Shown piece by piece: positions 12,946 through 23,863 of a stretch of DNA of 64,000 bases. Made by a program: the position numbers and the translations under genes. This stretch comes from Hormiphora californensis (taxonomy: Eukaryota; Animalia; Ctenophora). The stretch lies in assembly GCA_020137815.1 (NCBI GenBank), contig CM035350.1:6324001-6388000 (forward strand), written 5' to 3'. The notes under the pieces are model-generated. The model saw only the letters and a list, made by a program, of their open reading frames with translations. It ran no database searches and was not told the origin of the DNA. How positions within the stretch are numbered: position 1 is the first letter of the stretch; the number at the start of each line of letters is the position of its first letter.

Positions 12946-15539
12946 CATCCCTCTCTCGTCTCAGCATCTATCTCCCCATCGACGTCTCGTCTAGCTCGTC
13001 TCTGTCTCGTCGACATCTGGTCCTTCTTCGCATCATCTCTCTCCCTCGTTGTTCAGACCTCTAATGGGTCATCTCCTCCTCTCGTCGTTGCGAGGTGCGT
13101 CCCCTGTTCCCCGCGGTCGCCCCCCCCTAGTTGCTCTCCCATTCTCTCCGTTCGGTGTCGGTTCTGCTACCATCTCTTCCAGTGCTCACTGTCCTGCGGT
13201 CCGTTTGGTGGGTTCGTCTCTGTCTTCTCTAGATCGGGTGGTTGGTCAAGGCGGGGGGGGGTTTGTCGTTCACGTCGTCTGCGGGAGGGAGGGATTGGCT
13301 GCTCGGTTGATCTTCAGTAGAGTCGTGGCTTCCTCTACGGTCCTTCGCTCCACGGTCTTTGCAACTGCTTCTGTCAGTGGGGTCGTCTGGAGGTTCTTCG
13401 TCTCAGTCGCCGTGACTGCCGGGTTTCCTCTCTTTCTGCTTGCGGTGGGTCTGTGGGCTCTGGTCTCTCTCTCGTCTGGTCGTGCTTAAACTCTTCTTTT
13501 TGGTCACCGGTCTGTGTTCTCCTCGGTTTACGTGCGCTCTGCCGTGGACCGTCGAATCGCTCGGCCCGGCGGGTTAGCTTAATCTCTGGTCGATCTCTCT
13601 CGGTGCGGTCTCGTCTTCTCTTATGATGGAGTATTCGCTTTCGGGGGGCTCTTAAGGGCCGGTGCGTTCGTGCCGACGGATTTCGTTCTCGTCCTCTCGT
13701 CCGGGTCTCTGCGTCGGGCGTGGGCTACGTGCTTGCTGTGCAGGTGGTTCTCGTGCGGGGGCATGAGTGGTTTGTACATTGCGTTCTGTGGGGGAGTTTT
13801 GAAGCAGTCGTTCGTGTTGGGGTTTCGGGGTCTTGGGGTAGTTGGCTCCGGTGGGTTAAGAGTGTCTTTCGTGGGTGTGGCGTCCTCTCGGCGTGCTCCC
13901 TTCTTCTAGGCTCCGGGTGGAAAGGGGACCCTACTCTCTCCCACTTCAGGAGTGTATATATCAAGCCGTCAACACAGTCTGAAAGTTAGGTGCTGACAGA
14001 ACGTGTGATCCAGGTAGCAGTGAAACACCTAGTGACGTAGTGAAGTGATGTAGTAGTGTGACGAATGACGTGTTAACAGGGTTTGGGCCTATTGCCCGAA
14101 TGAAGATCGAAATTACGCTATCAGCTGTTGGTGAGCAGCTGCAATCTATTAATCCGGGTTACATCTTACATTCCCTTTCTCATCCTCTTCATCCTTTGTC
14201 TAAAACCCACCATAATAATACAACTGGTAGTTACCACTAGCTCTATCTCATGATGATCAATGAGAGTCCAATAACTACTAATTAGGCGACTCCAATCGTC
14301 TAGTAATTGATATTCGTCATTTAACAATGACTTTGAACTTTCCGACCAACCAATCTCTCTCTATTATGGCATAAGACATATTGGGACGTTGCGGGGCCCC
14401 TTTACTGAGCATTGATATGCCCATCACCAGGTGTGTCACTAAATTCAATATGATTGTAATATCATATTTTACACTAAAGCCCCTTCGATTTTATTTTGCA
14501 ATCACACTTTACTTGGTGGTCGTCTCCCCCTTCCTTCTCTATGTACCGGTCAACTAGTATGATTTGTGAACACACAAAAACTTGCCTTGTTGGACCCTAT
14601 CTCTATGCGTAAAGGAGGGTTAGAACATAACATCTATCTATCTACGGAGTGCCTGGGCTTGCCAACGGCAAGCCCACAGGGGACTATCGCAAAGCGATAT
14701 CGCCGGCACTAGGAGAATAGCCCCCTCCCCTCCCCCACCATCAGGAACTGACCACAGGACAGGTTCGCATTATAGGTGGCTTCGGGTTCGGGAGGGTAAA
14801 CTCCTTCGATAGTCGCAGGATATTGATTCTTCTTTCCTATGAGTTTTGGATCTTTGACTCTATCTCCCTGCGACAGGCGGGGATGAGTTCTTCTAATCTT
14901 TATCTCGGTTCTTGAGTTTATTTGCTTTCTCTATTAGCTTGATGGCTACCGCAGTGTGGATTATCATCGTTTTGCCTAGGTCTTTGTATGAAGTTTTGCC
15001 GCTTAGTCTCATTCTCTCCGTTTCCAGGATTTCATAGAACATAACATGTGTCAAGTTAACTGCACATGTGCGAGTTAGATCACAACCCCACCGTGTTTTT
15101 CTGCTTACTATATCGGGTAGGAGCTCAGCGTCCCGCCCTGCTAGATCGATCTAATGTATTGCAGCTGTATACACTGCAAGACCTCAATTTTGCCGCTGTT
15201 CCAGTCTTTAGTTATCCCGATAAAAACATCGCTATGTATAACCCTGCAGTACTGTTGTATTTGGGCCATGTTGTCCCGCAGAATTGACGCCACGTTGAAC
15301 GCTGTTTTCGGTAAACCAACACTCATCTCTTGCTCACACCACCGCCTTTGTTCTTCCCTTTTCATTGTGTGATATTGATTATTAGATGTGGCCCAAAGCT
15401 TCCGATAATCACAATTTAATTAGTTCACGCGCAATGTTTGGATCTGTTAACATCTCTGAGACGCTGTACGATGCCGACCCGACCTTCTACACCCCACCTA
15501 CCTACTACACCCTATCAGTCCTGTACACCCTGGCACTCC

Positions 15540-16250
15540 TTATTAGCACCATTACCAACATCTGGATACTCCTGACACCCCAACCCCAAAATAAAAACCA
15601 TGAGTCAACCAGGTTGAGTTTGTCGATGCCATTCGGCTCAGATACGGCTTCCACTTCCCGGACCTGATAGGGAAATGCGGCTGTGGGGCACAAAACACCA
15701 GTGACCACGCCTTGATCTGCAAGGTTGGAGGCTTTGATATGTGGAGAACATGACCACCTTCGGGATACCCTAGCCGATATCCTTCGGTATGCGGGATTTA
15801 AACCCGTTAACACTGAACAGCCAATGTTGCCCTGTGACGGATTCAACCTGCCAATCAGTGCAAATATCAAAGCTGAAGCACGAATGGACATAGTCTGTCG
15901 TGGCTTATGGTCTGACATGCAGACCAGTTTCATGGATGTACGGGTTTTCCATCCTAATGCCCCATCCTACCTGAAGATGCCCATCACGAAACTGTAAAAA
16001 CAGCACCAAAATCAGAAGAAACTTGCCTATATGCGAAGGGTGCAAGAAGTGGAGCAGGGTTCCTTCACGCCCTCGTATTTCCAAGTCGGGAGGTTTTGCC
16101 GGAGAAGTAGGGAAGGTTTTGGAGCGAGCGGCCAGGAAGATCTGTGACAGGCACAAGGAGAGTTACGCTGAAACATGTCCTTCATCCGAGAAAAGACACG
16201 ATTCAGTTTGTTAAGATCAACTCTTGTTGCGCTTCGGGAACCCAGAGAAG
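15540..16250 (+). mobile_element. Degenerate CRE-like non-LTR retrotransposon, C-terminal zinc knuckle and restriction-like endonuclease
   Basis: Across frameshifts: FVDAIRLRY..KCGCG..DHALICKVGG..HDHLRDTLA..ARMDIVCRGLW..FMDVRVFHPNAPSY..KKLAY.RRVQEVEQGSFTP..SGG..RFSLLRSTLVALR. Confidence 0.75.
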
Positions 16251-16416
16251 GGTTGTCCCAGTCAGTGTGGAAGATGTAGACTTTCGAGACAAGTGAGCAG
16301 AGAGAGGGAGTATGAGAGTATGACGGTGTGTGGGTAATTTATTATAATGTTTTTCCTTTTCGACTTTCGGTTTTTTTGGCATTTTTAAACTTTATTTTTC
16401 GTTTTTTGAGATTTCG

Positions 16417-16522
16417 AGTCATGCACAATCAAGTCACGCCCACCAATCACAGCTCAGAACGCGTGGAGTGCTTCGCGCGTTCTGAGCTGTGATTGGTGGG
16501 CGTGACTTGATTGTGCATGACT
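16417..16522. repeat. Perfect hairpin with about 47-bp arms and a 12-nt loop, carrying CCAATCA
   Basis: AGTCATGCACAATCAAGTCACGCCCACCAATCACAGCTCAGAACGCG followed by its reverse complement. Confidence 0.9.
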
Positions 16523-16649
16523 TGAACATTTCCGAGGGGCCTCATCTTTTTTTTTCTTGAAGTTGAAAAGCGCTCTCGCCTCCCTTATCCCGCGGGGCTA
16601 GCGGCGTTTGCCAAGAAGAAGCGTTCCTTCCACCGATTTAGACGGTCGA

Positions 16650-16890
16650 GACGGGTTAGCCGTTAAGGCTGTCCGTTAGGGTTAGGTTAGGGCTTTGTTT
16701 GGGGTTATAGGTTAGTCACTAACTACCGTATAGCTTACAAGAAAGAAGCGTTATGTATTATGTATACAAGATTTGATAATAATAATAATAAACTAACCGT
16801 TAGTGCTATCGATTATCTATCAATACCGTTTAGTTTACTCTATTTGGCCATGTGGTAGCGTGGCTATTCCGGTTGAAAAGTCGTACCTAT
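16650..16890 (+). mobile_element. Interspersed repeat with GGTTA-rich core (Helitron/Helentron-like non-autonomous element); second copy at 23272-23530
   Basis: Shares GACGGGTTAG...GCTATCGATT...ATACCGTTTAGTTTACTC...GGCCATGTGGT..TGGCTAT...TTGAAAA with 23272-23530. The family assignment is inference. Confidence 0.55.
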
Positions 16891-17485
16891 TAACTTGTAA
16901 CAGTGCTGGAAACAGGAATTGAGGTTGAATTAAATTGCATTAAAGTAAGAAGTGCTCATATCGGTGTCAGAGACAAGCTGAACTCTGAAGTGAAACGAAT
17001 TGTTACGAGCGAGTAATCACAAGACAGGGGTGTCAGGTGTCTTCGCTAATAATTCAGATTTTTTATTAATTCACGAACCCCAACTACTAATTCAGATGGA
17101 CTGTATTAATTTTATCCTCCGTCTTGCCAGTAAATCGATCAATGATTGTATGTGAGAGTGAATGTAGTTTTTTGTTACGGTGTGCGAAGACTTGCCTGTG
17201 TGGCGTTAGGAGGAGGATGGCTAAACCCCCGTTTATGGTGGGGGCTGTGCCCCACACCCCCTTTAGGGCCCGGGCACTAACCAGTGCTATGATATGTACA
17301 ATTAACTGCTGCTTAAAATTTTTGGAGGAAATGTCTAACCTTCATTTAATTTATGGCCATGATTGTACTCTGTAGTGTTCAAGGACGTCATAGTGTTCTA
17401 GTGTAGCCTAGTATTCTAGTGTCCCCACTCCCCATTGCAATTGGTAGTTTTGACTAAACCTCGCACCTAATAGGAACGAATCGTG

Positions 17486-17999
<514 letters not shown>

Positions 18000-18406
18000 G
18001 CAGTGTGTCACAACATTTCGGACGATCCTATCATGAGAGAGAGTAATTTATTATGAAGGTTTTATAAGTAGCTTGTTTTCTCTATACATAACGCTCTATT
18101 AAGTTTCTTCGTGGAATAGATTTGTATATCGCTGTGTGAGTTTATGTGTTACAATTTGAGAGGCCATAATGATATAAGTAATCTGTTGTTTTCGTCCTCG
18201 TCCCCACTTCCACTATCTTCTATTCAACCCACTATAACACCCACATCCCCTTATCCTTCCACCTATCCCACTATAGTGGGAATTGGGATAGGACATAGGA
18301 GGGAATGGGTTGATTAGAAGATAGTGCACTATCGTCTAATCAACCCATTCCCTCCTATGTCCTATCCCACTATCAAGTATCAACCCGTTCCCTCCTGATA
18401 TAGCGG

Positions 18407-20655
18407 ATGTCAAAAGTATATGTTGGGAACATTCCGCTCAATAGCAGTCAGGATGAGGTGAAGACCCTTTTTGAGAAATACGGCACTGTCTCAGACTGTG
18501 ACATAATCAAGAACTACGCCTTTGTGGTATGTTCATTTTTGGTTTACACAGATGAAAATAAATAGTGGTGAAGTGAATCATTTTCGTAACCCCTCTTAGA
18601 ATCTTGGTTACGAAATAACCCTTCGTTACCCTCCCTAAGCGCACACCCTTCATTACCAACGAATAATCCTCCCTCACGCACCGGTGTATATAGCAGGCTA
18701 TACAGACATCTGCTCAATTCTAATATTACCCTGATAACACCCCCCCCCCCTACTTCTCTGCAGCACTTTACGAACCAGGCCGATGCTAACGCTGCTATTG
18801 ACGGCCTTGATGATACCTCCTTCAACGGCTCCACAATACATGTCGAGCTGAGCAAGAACCAGGGCAGCAAGAGAAGAACCCACCAACACTACAACAACAA
18901 CAATAACAATGGAGCTGCCAATATGATGATGCCGTATGGGATGCCGCCCTATCCCATGCCTCCCTACCCATACTACCCTCCAATACACCCTGATACGGGA
19001 TATCCAGCACCCTCAACCGCCTACCCCTACCCTCCATATCCTTATCCACCACCACCTCCCATGTCCGTATTTGACAGGTAAAATGAAGTGAGAATGATTT
19101 AGCGCCCCGATTTAGCAGTACTAAAATAAATCTAAATAATTAAATCATACTACTTACTATTCAAATTGTCAGTGCTACATCACCTAGCAACTACACCTGC
19201 ACGTGCAATTATTAGAGCAACTTAGAAACCTCACTCCCAGTTGCAGTTTTGGGTACTAAGGGAAATTCAATTCTGCACGTGCATTCTTTTACTTTTGTCC
19301 TGATGTCTTAACACTGAAGAGGACATTCTTATATCGAAACGTTTGTTATATTAGCTATTTGATTTTGAACAACTGAATCAACGTATTTTTTCCTGAATGC
19401 CTGAACACACGCTAACACACGCGAGACCAGTTCGGAGGTCCAACAGTGGCCCCCACTCCAAGCATCCTGATGTCTAACTCTTCAACCCCAAGCGCTATTC
19501 GGCAACGGTCATCTGGGTCCGGAAGATCTGCTGCTGTCAGAGAGCAGGCCAGAGAATATGACAGATTACGCCAACATGTTCAAGCGAGCCAATCAACGAC
19601 TACTGATAGCTTTACCCAACGTCGCCCAAGGGTGATTACTCCAATCGAATATAGAAATCTCTGAATTGGCTACATAGCGGCCAAGTTTTCACGTGATGAG
19701 TTTCTGTAACAGCACTGAACCTCCCGGCTCCCTGACATTGATTTTTTAAATTCGCACCTTGACATTGTCAGGAAGCCCAGAGCGTACAACAACATAGCGT
19801 AAAACAACGTAGTATAGGGAGAAAGTGAGAGATAGGCTAGGAACGGATGGTGCAGGTGATGTCAGCGTTCCCTAATCCAGCTACCATTTCCCCGAAATTC
19901 GCCCGTAGGGCGAACGGGCCTACTAGTCTAAATAATGTTAATTGTTATAACATTAAACATTCAAGGGTGGTTTTATTGCATTCTACATTTACCTTCATTA
20001 CAATATGTTCCCCCCTCCTGCAGTGAACAATTCAAGGACTACTACAAGAAATATGGCTGTATGCCCCCCATGCCTCCTGGAATGTTTAAAAGCAGTAGTA
20101 GGAGCAGTAGATCCCGTTCCAGATCCCCGACCTCCTCCCGGTCCAGGAAGAGAAGTTACAGCCGGTCTCCCCCACCTCGCCGCTCCAGCCGCTCTGATAG
20201 ATCTCCCAGGTAAGAGAGGGGGATGTCTTCAAATTTATTGATTTATACCATTCATGCTAACCTCTCTAACCCCTAAAAAGCAGGTGAACAAATAACAACT
20301 CTCTCCCACTCGTTCTCAATTCGTATACCTCGTAATTCGTTCTATTGCTTTTCGACACGTGCTTCTAACTCTCTCAAATTCGTTTCGTTGTTTCGTTTTG
20401 CGCTCTCTATCTCTCTCAATCGTCACGTGTGTATCGTGAATTAAAGGTAGGCCACCGTTCTTCACTCCAATGTGCTGGACAATTCGCTACCCCCCATTCC
20501 CTTTTTTACCCCCATATATCCAATCTCTCCTCTTCTATCATGGTTTCCACTCCCCCAGGCGAGACCGAGACCGAGATAGGGACAGGGACCGTGATCGCAA
20601 GAGACGTTATTCTAGATCCAGGTCCCGGTCGCCCAAACGATCTCCAAAGCGATAA
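18407..20655 (+). CDS. Lark/RBM4-type single-RRM protein with Pro/Tyr-rich linker and RS domain
   Basis: Exons 18407-18526, 18764-19077, 20024-20209 and 20559-20655: MSKVYVGNIP..FEKYGTVSDCDIIKNYAFVHF..IHVELSKN, followed by RS/RD repeats. Confidence 0.85.
19309..19348 (+). ncRNA. Minimal hammerhead-ribozyme-like motif (Penelope-type), intronic, sense strand
   Basis: TAACA-CTGAAGA-GGACATTCTTATATC-GAAAC-GTT-TGTTA: CUGANGA and GAAA cores, stem I TAACA/TGTTA, palindromic AACGTT. Stem II is imperfect. Confidence 0.5.
19898..19927 (+). mobile_element. Helitron-like 3' terminus
   Basis: Hairpin TTCGCCC-GTA-GGGCGAA, 8 nt, then CTAG followed by T. Confidence 0.5.
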
Positions 20656-20976
20656 TAATATTCTTGACCCCCCGAACTGATCTACAGCAGTGTGTGTTTC
20701 ACAATTCAATCCATTACACTTCATTTATTGTTATCCGAATTCTCTATCTGAATTATGTATAGTGTATATCTATTTCTCTATTCAGTTCAGTCGGGCTTCT
20801 TTTTCGTGCTTGTTATTTTTCAGCTTCCCAGCACATTTGAGAGTTTGCGTTACACACGCAAATCCTGCTGCTGCAAAGCTGCACCGATTTTGCGAGTTTT
20901 ACGATACAACATCGCGCGCGCGAGTTCAACTACTCCATAAAAAGTTGTCAATGTAAGCATTTGTTCAGGATGAGCT

Positions 20977-22335
20977 ATGGACAGGTTATGTGAGCTGATC
21001 TGGGATGTTCCACCGGAGCCGTCAGTTTTTACCAGGTGGTCCCAGGGCTTTACTTTCTCTGATCACGGGAAGAAGTTGACATTGGTACAAGAGGGAGGAG
21101 GACCATGTTCTGTATTAGCTCCTGTACAGGCATTCCTGATTAAACATCTGTTATTTGATAGGTTAGTTGATTAGAGTTACATCCCTTTATTTTAACAATT
21201 AAAGGATAATAAGGCAGGGAGGGGGGGCGATAATTAATGAGAACCTATTTTCTATTCAATAACAACATTACTAACACTCCCTCTTGCTACCAGGAAGCTA
21301 GAGTTGACTGCGATAACAGAAGCGGATATTTCAACAGCTCTTGTTTCCAGTTTCTCTTCCATTTTGCACAGTGCAGCCAGTGGATCCACCCTAACCCTTG
21401 TATCCTGTCCCACATCGGCCCCTGCGGACGTTGCCTCCTACCCTGATCACTTATCCAAGTTCCAGACCTCGACAGTCCCCCTAAATTCTGATCTAACTGA
21501 GTTTGTTAAACAGTGTGGTGGCAGGTATGGACTGCTTTCCTTCCTCTACAGCGTGGTATTGACCCGAGGGATTGATGTTATATTAACTGATCTAGGACCC
21601 ATGATGGAGGGCTCCCTCATCCATTCCAAATTTGGGCATAGCAACCAGAGTTTGTTGAATTTAATGTTAACAGGAGCTGCTGTTCCCAATGTTTTTGATG
21701 GGGCTAGAGATTTAGGCGGCATTGAACTAGCTGGAATTAAAGAGCAATCAGAGGTTGGATATCTGACACTCCTAGAAGCGCTGCGGTTCTGTCAGGTCGG
21801 CGAGAATCTCAAGTGTCCTAAGTTTCCGATCTGGGTTCTAGGATCTGAATCTCACACTACCCTCCTCTTCTCTACCGATGCCGCAATTTCAGCCCATTCC
21901 CCACTACAAAACGCAAAGGCTGCATTTGACCAATTTGACCTCGAGGGAAACGGATTTATTCCAACGACAGATCTTCCCAAAGTACTTGAGCACCTCCAAA
22001 TGGTGACTGATGATGATTATATATCCTTCATGAGAGATCGGCTGGACCCGGATACTTCTGGTATTATTCTGTTCCCTGCCTTCCTCGAGGAGTTCTTTCC
22101 CGGTGTGTCACAAGACATGCAAGAGCGGCAATTCCCATTGTTCCATTATAATGGTCTGGCACAGTCGAACATTGAGGGTCGGGTGGAATTGAGAGGTGGT
22201 GTCGCCACTGTCTATGTGGAGTATAACAGTTTGATGGATGCAGGCACTGCCCCTACTTCTATTCTCCGCGTACTAAGGACTAAATGGCCGACAATCGAAA
22301 TACAATGGGAGTCGGGGGTACCCAGTATAGACTGA
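20977..22335 (+). CDS. MINDY3: MINDY-3 deubiquitinase with EF-hand insertion
   Basis: Exons 20977-21161 and 21294-22335: RWSQGFTFS, LVQEGGGPCSVLAPVQA, LKCPKFPIWVLGSESHTT, DLEGNGFIP, FHYNGL, LRTKWP. Confidence 0.93.
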
Positions 22336-22654
22336 CATGTTTCTATATGACTGCTGAGTAACGGTGTAGTATTTTGTGCTAATTGTGTACGTATAATATG
22401 AGAACGTGGGCGTATCCACTGTCCCGGTTTTTGGCTGTTTAAAGAGTTTAATAATTTATACTTTGTTCCTGGATTGCTATTTAATTACTAAATATTCAAT
22501 TATACCAAATTAGGCCTACTTTAGTAATGTAAGAGATTCCGGAGAAACGAAGCTGGTGGAATTGAATTGAATAAAAAGGTCCAAAAAGGTGGACCCCAAA
22601 TGCTACGCGCAAATAGTACGCCGCGCATCCATTGGTATGCTGCGCACGTTTTTA

Positions 22655-23530
22655 AGGGTCCGTCCGCGTCCTGAAATTAACAACTTGCCACCCAACTTTG
22701 GGCGCCGTTACGATCTGGGTGTTTGGAGGCCTGTTTACGCTCCAGTTGCAGATTGGAGGCTGGCTCCACTTTCTGGCGCCAGTCTGCAACTGGCGCAAGC
22801 TGGGAGAGTCCCTGTGCGCGCCAAATCTTCGTTGACTAGCAGGGTTTTCGATGTGAATTGCATGTAAAGTAGCGCGCGCGGCAGTGTCAGCAGGGGCCTG
22901 CTTCATTGTAACTAACGTCAGTCGCAAAATCTCTAACTGGACCCTTACAGGTGCGCGCTGCCAAAAAAGTTGATTCACTAAAATGGCTCTAACCGCCAAA
23001 CCACTCAACCGTTTTGGCTGATTCAAAGTTTATCTGGTAGGGAATGTCAAGGCCTAACCCCAACCCAAACCCCAACCCTAACCCTAACCCTACTTTAGCC
23101 CTAACCCTAAAAAACCGTTTGTCAGCACTCCCAAAACACCCAGATTTTAACGCTGGCCCCCAACTTTTGTCGATTTTTTCCTTCTTTTTTATAAAGTGAG
23201 AGACAGTGATTACGGAAAACGTTAAAATCTGGGTGCCTTTCATTGCTAACAATTCGTAGTTTTGGTGCGCGCGACGGGTTAGGGCTATCTGTTAAAGTGC
23301 GTTTCAAACGACTTGACCTGAGATTCCTGGAAATTCAGGATTTCCCCTTTGTAAATACACACGCAATGCGCCAAATTCCAAGAATTACGGGTCAAGTCGC
23401 TTGAAACGGACTTTAGGGTTTGGTTTGGGGTTATCGGTTAGGGCTATCGATTCTCTAACTGATACCGTTTAGTTTACTCAAATCGGCCATGTGGTTCCAT
23501 GGCTATAGCTGTTTGAAAAAAGTCGGTCTA
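22655..23530. mobile_element. Nested stack of short non-autonomous elements between convergent MINDY3 and ENaC
   Basis: TA-flanked AGGGTCC/GGACCCT ends (22655-22946); (CCCTAA)-like tract at about 23053-23110; internal inverted repeat ACCCAGATTTTAACG; a 119-bp MITE inserted into the GGTTA-rich family copy. Confidence 0.55.
23295..23413. mobile_element. 119-bp TA-flanked MITE; other copies at 63457-63575 and partial at 62948-63045
   Basis: TIRs AAGTGCGTTTCAAACGACTTGACC / GGTCAAGTCGCTTGAAACGGACTT; near-identical copies 40 kb apart. Confidence 0.85.
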
Positions 23531-23863
23531 AGTATACTCTTTAGGTAGCGCACACCTGTAAACAGGCTGCAAGGCACCCAGATTATAATCGCGCCCAGTG
23601 ATTACTGATTAGAATGCGAGGGAGAGCGCAGAGTACTCTCTCTTCAGCACTCATCACGTGAGCCCCCATAACGCAACATAGCGGAATAGGTCGGTATATC
23701 AATGAACCAGGCTGTGATTCGGGGGCGGGGTGCCCGAAACACAGTCTAGCCAGGCAACTTGGCACTAGCCACTACTACCTATAAAATGAGCAATGGAATT
23801 TCAGCATTAGTTACATTGTATCACACTGTTTTCAAATTTCATATAATATTGTATAACACTATA

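Noticed and set aside
12764-13989. Several long Ser/Leu/Arg-rich ORFs
   Set aside because: Products of (CT)n and A-depleted sequence, with no protein motifs.
14820-15370. Possible second retroelement fragment on the minus strand
   Set aside because: Coding-like composition but no motif I can name.
23053-23110. Telomere or fusion site
   Set aside because: A short degenerate CCCTAA tract embedded in an interspersed repeat.
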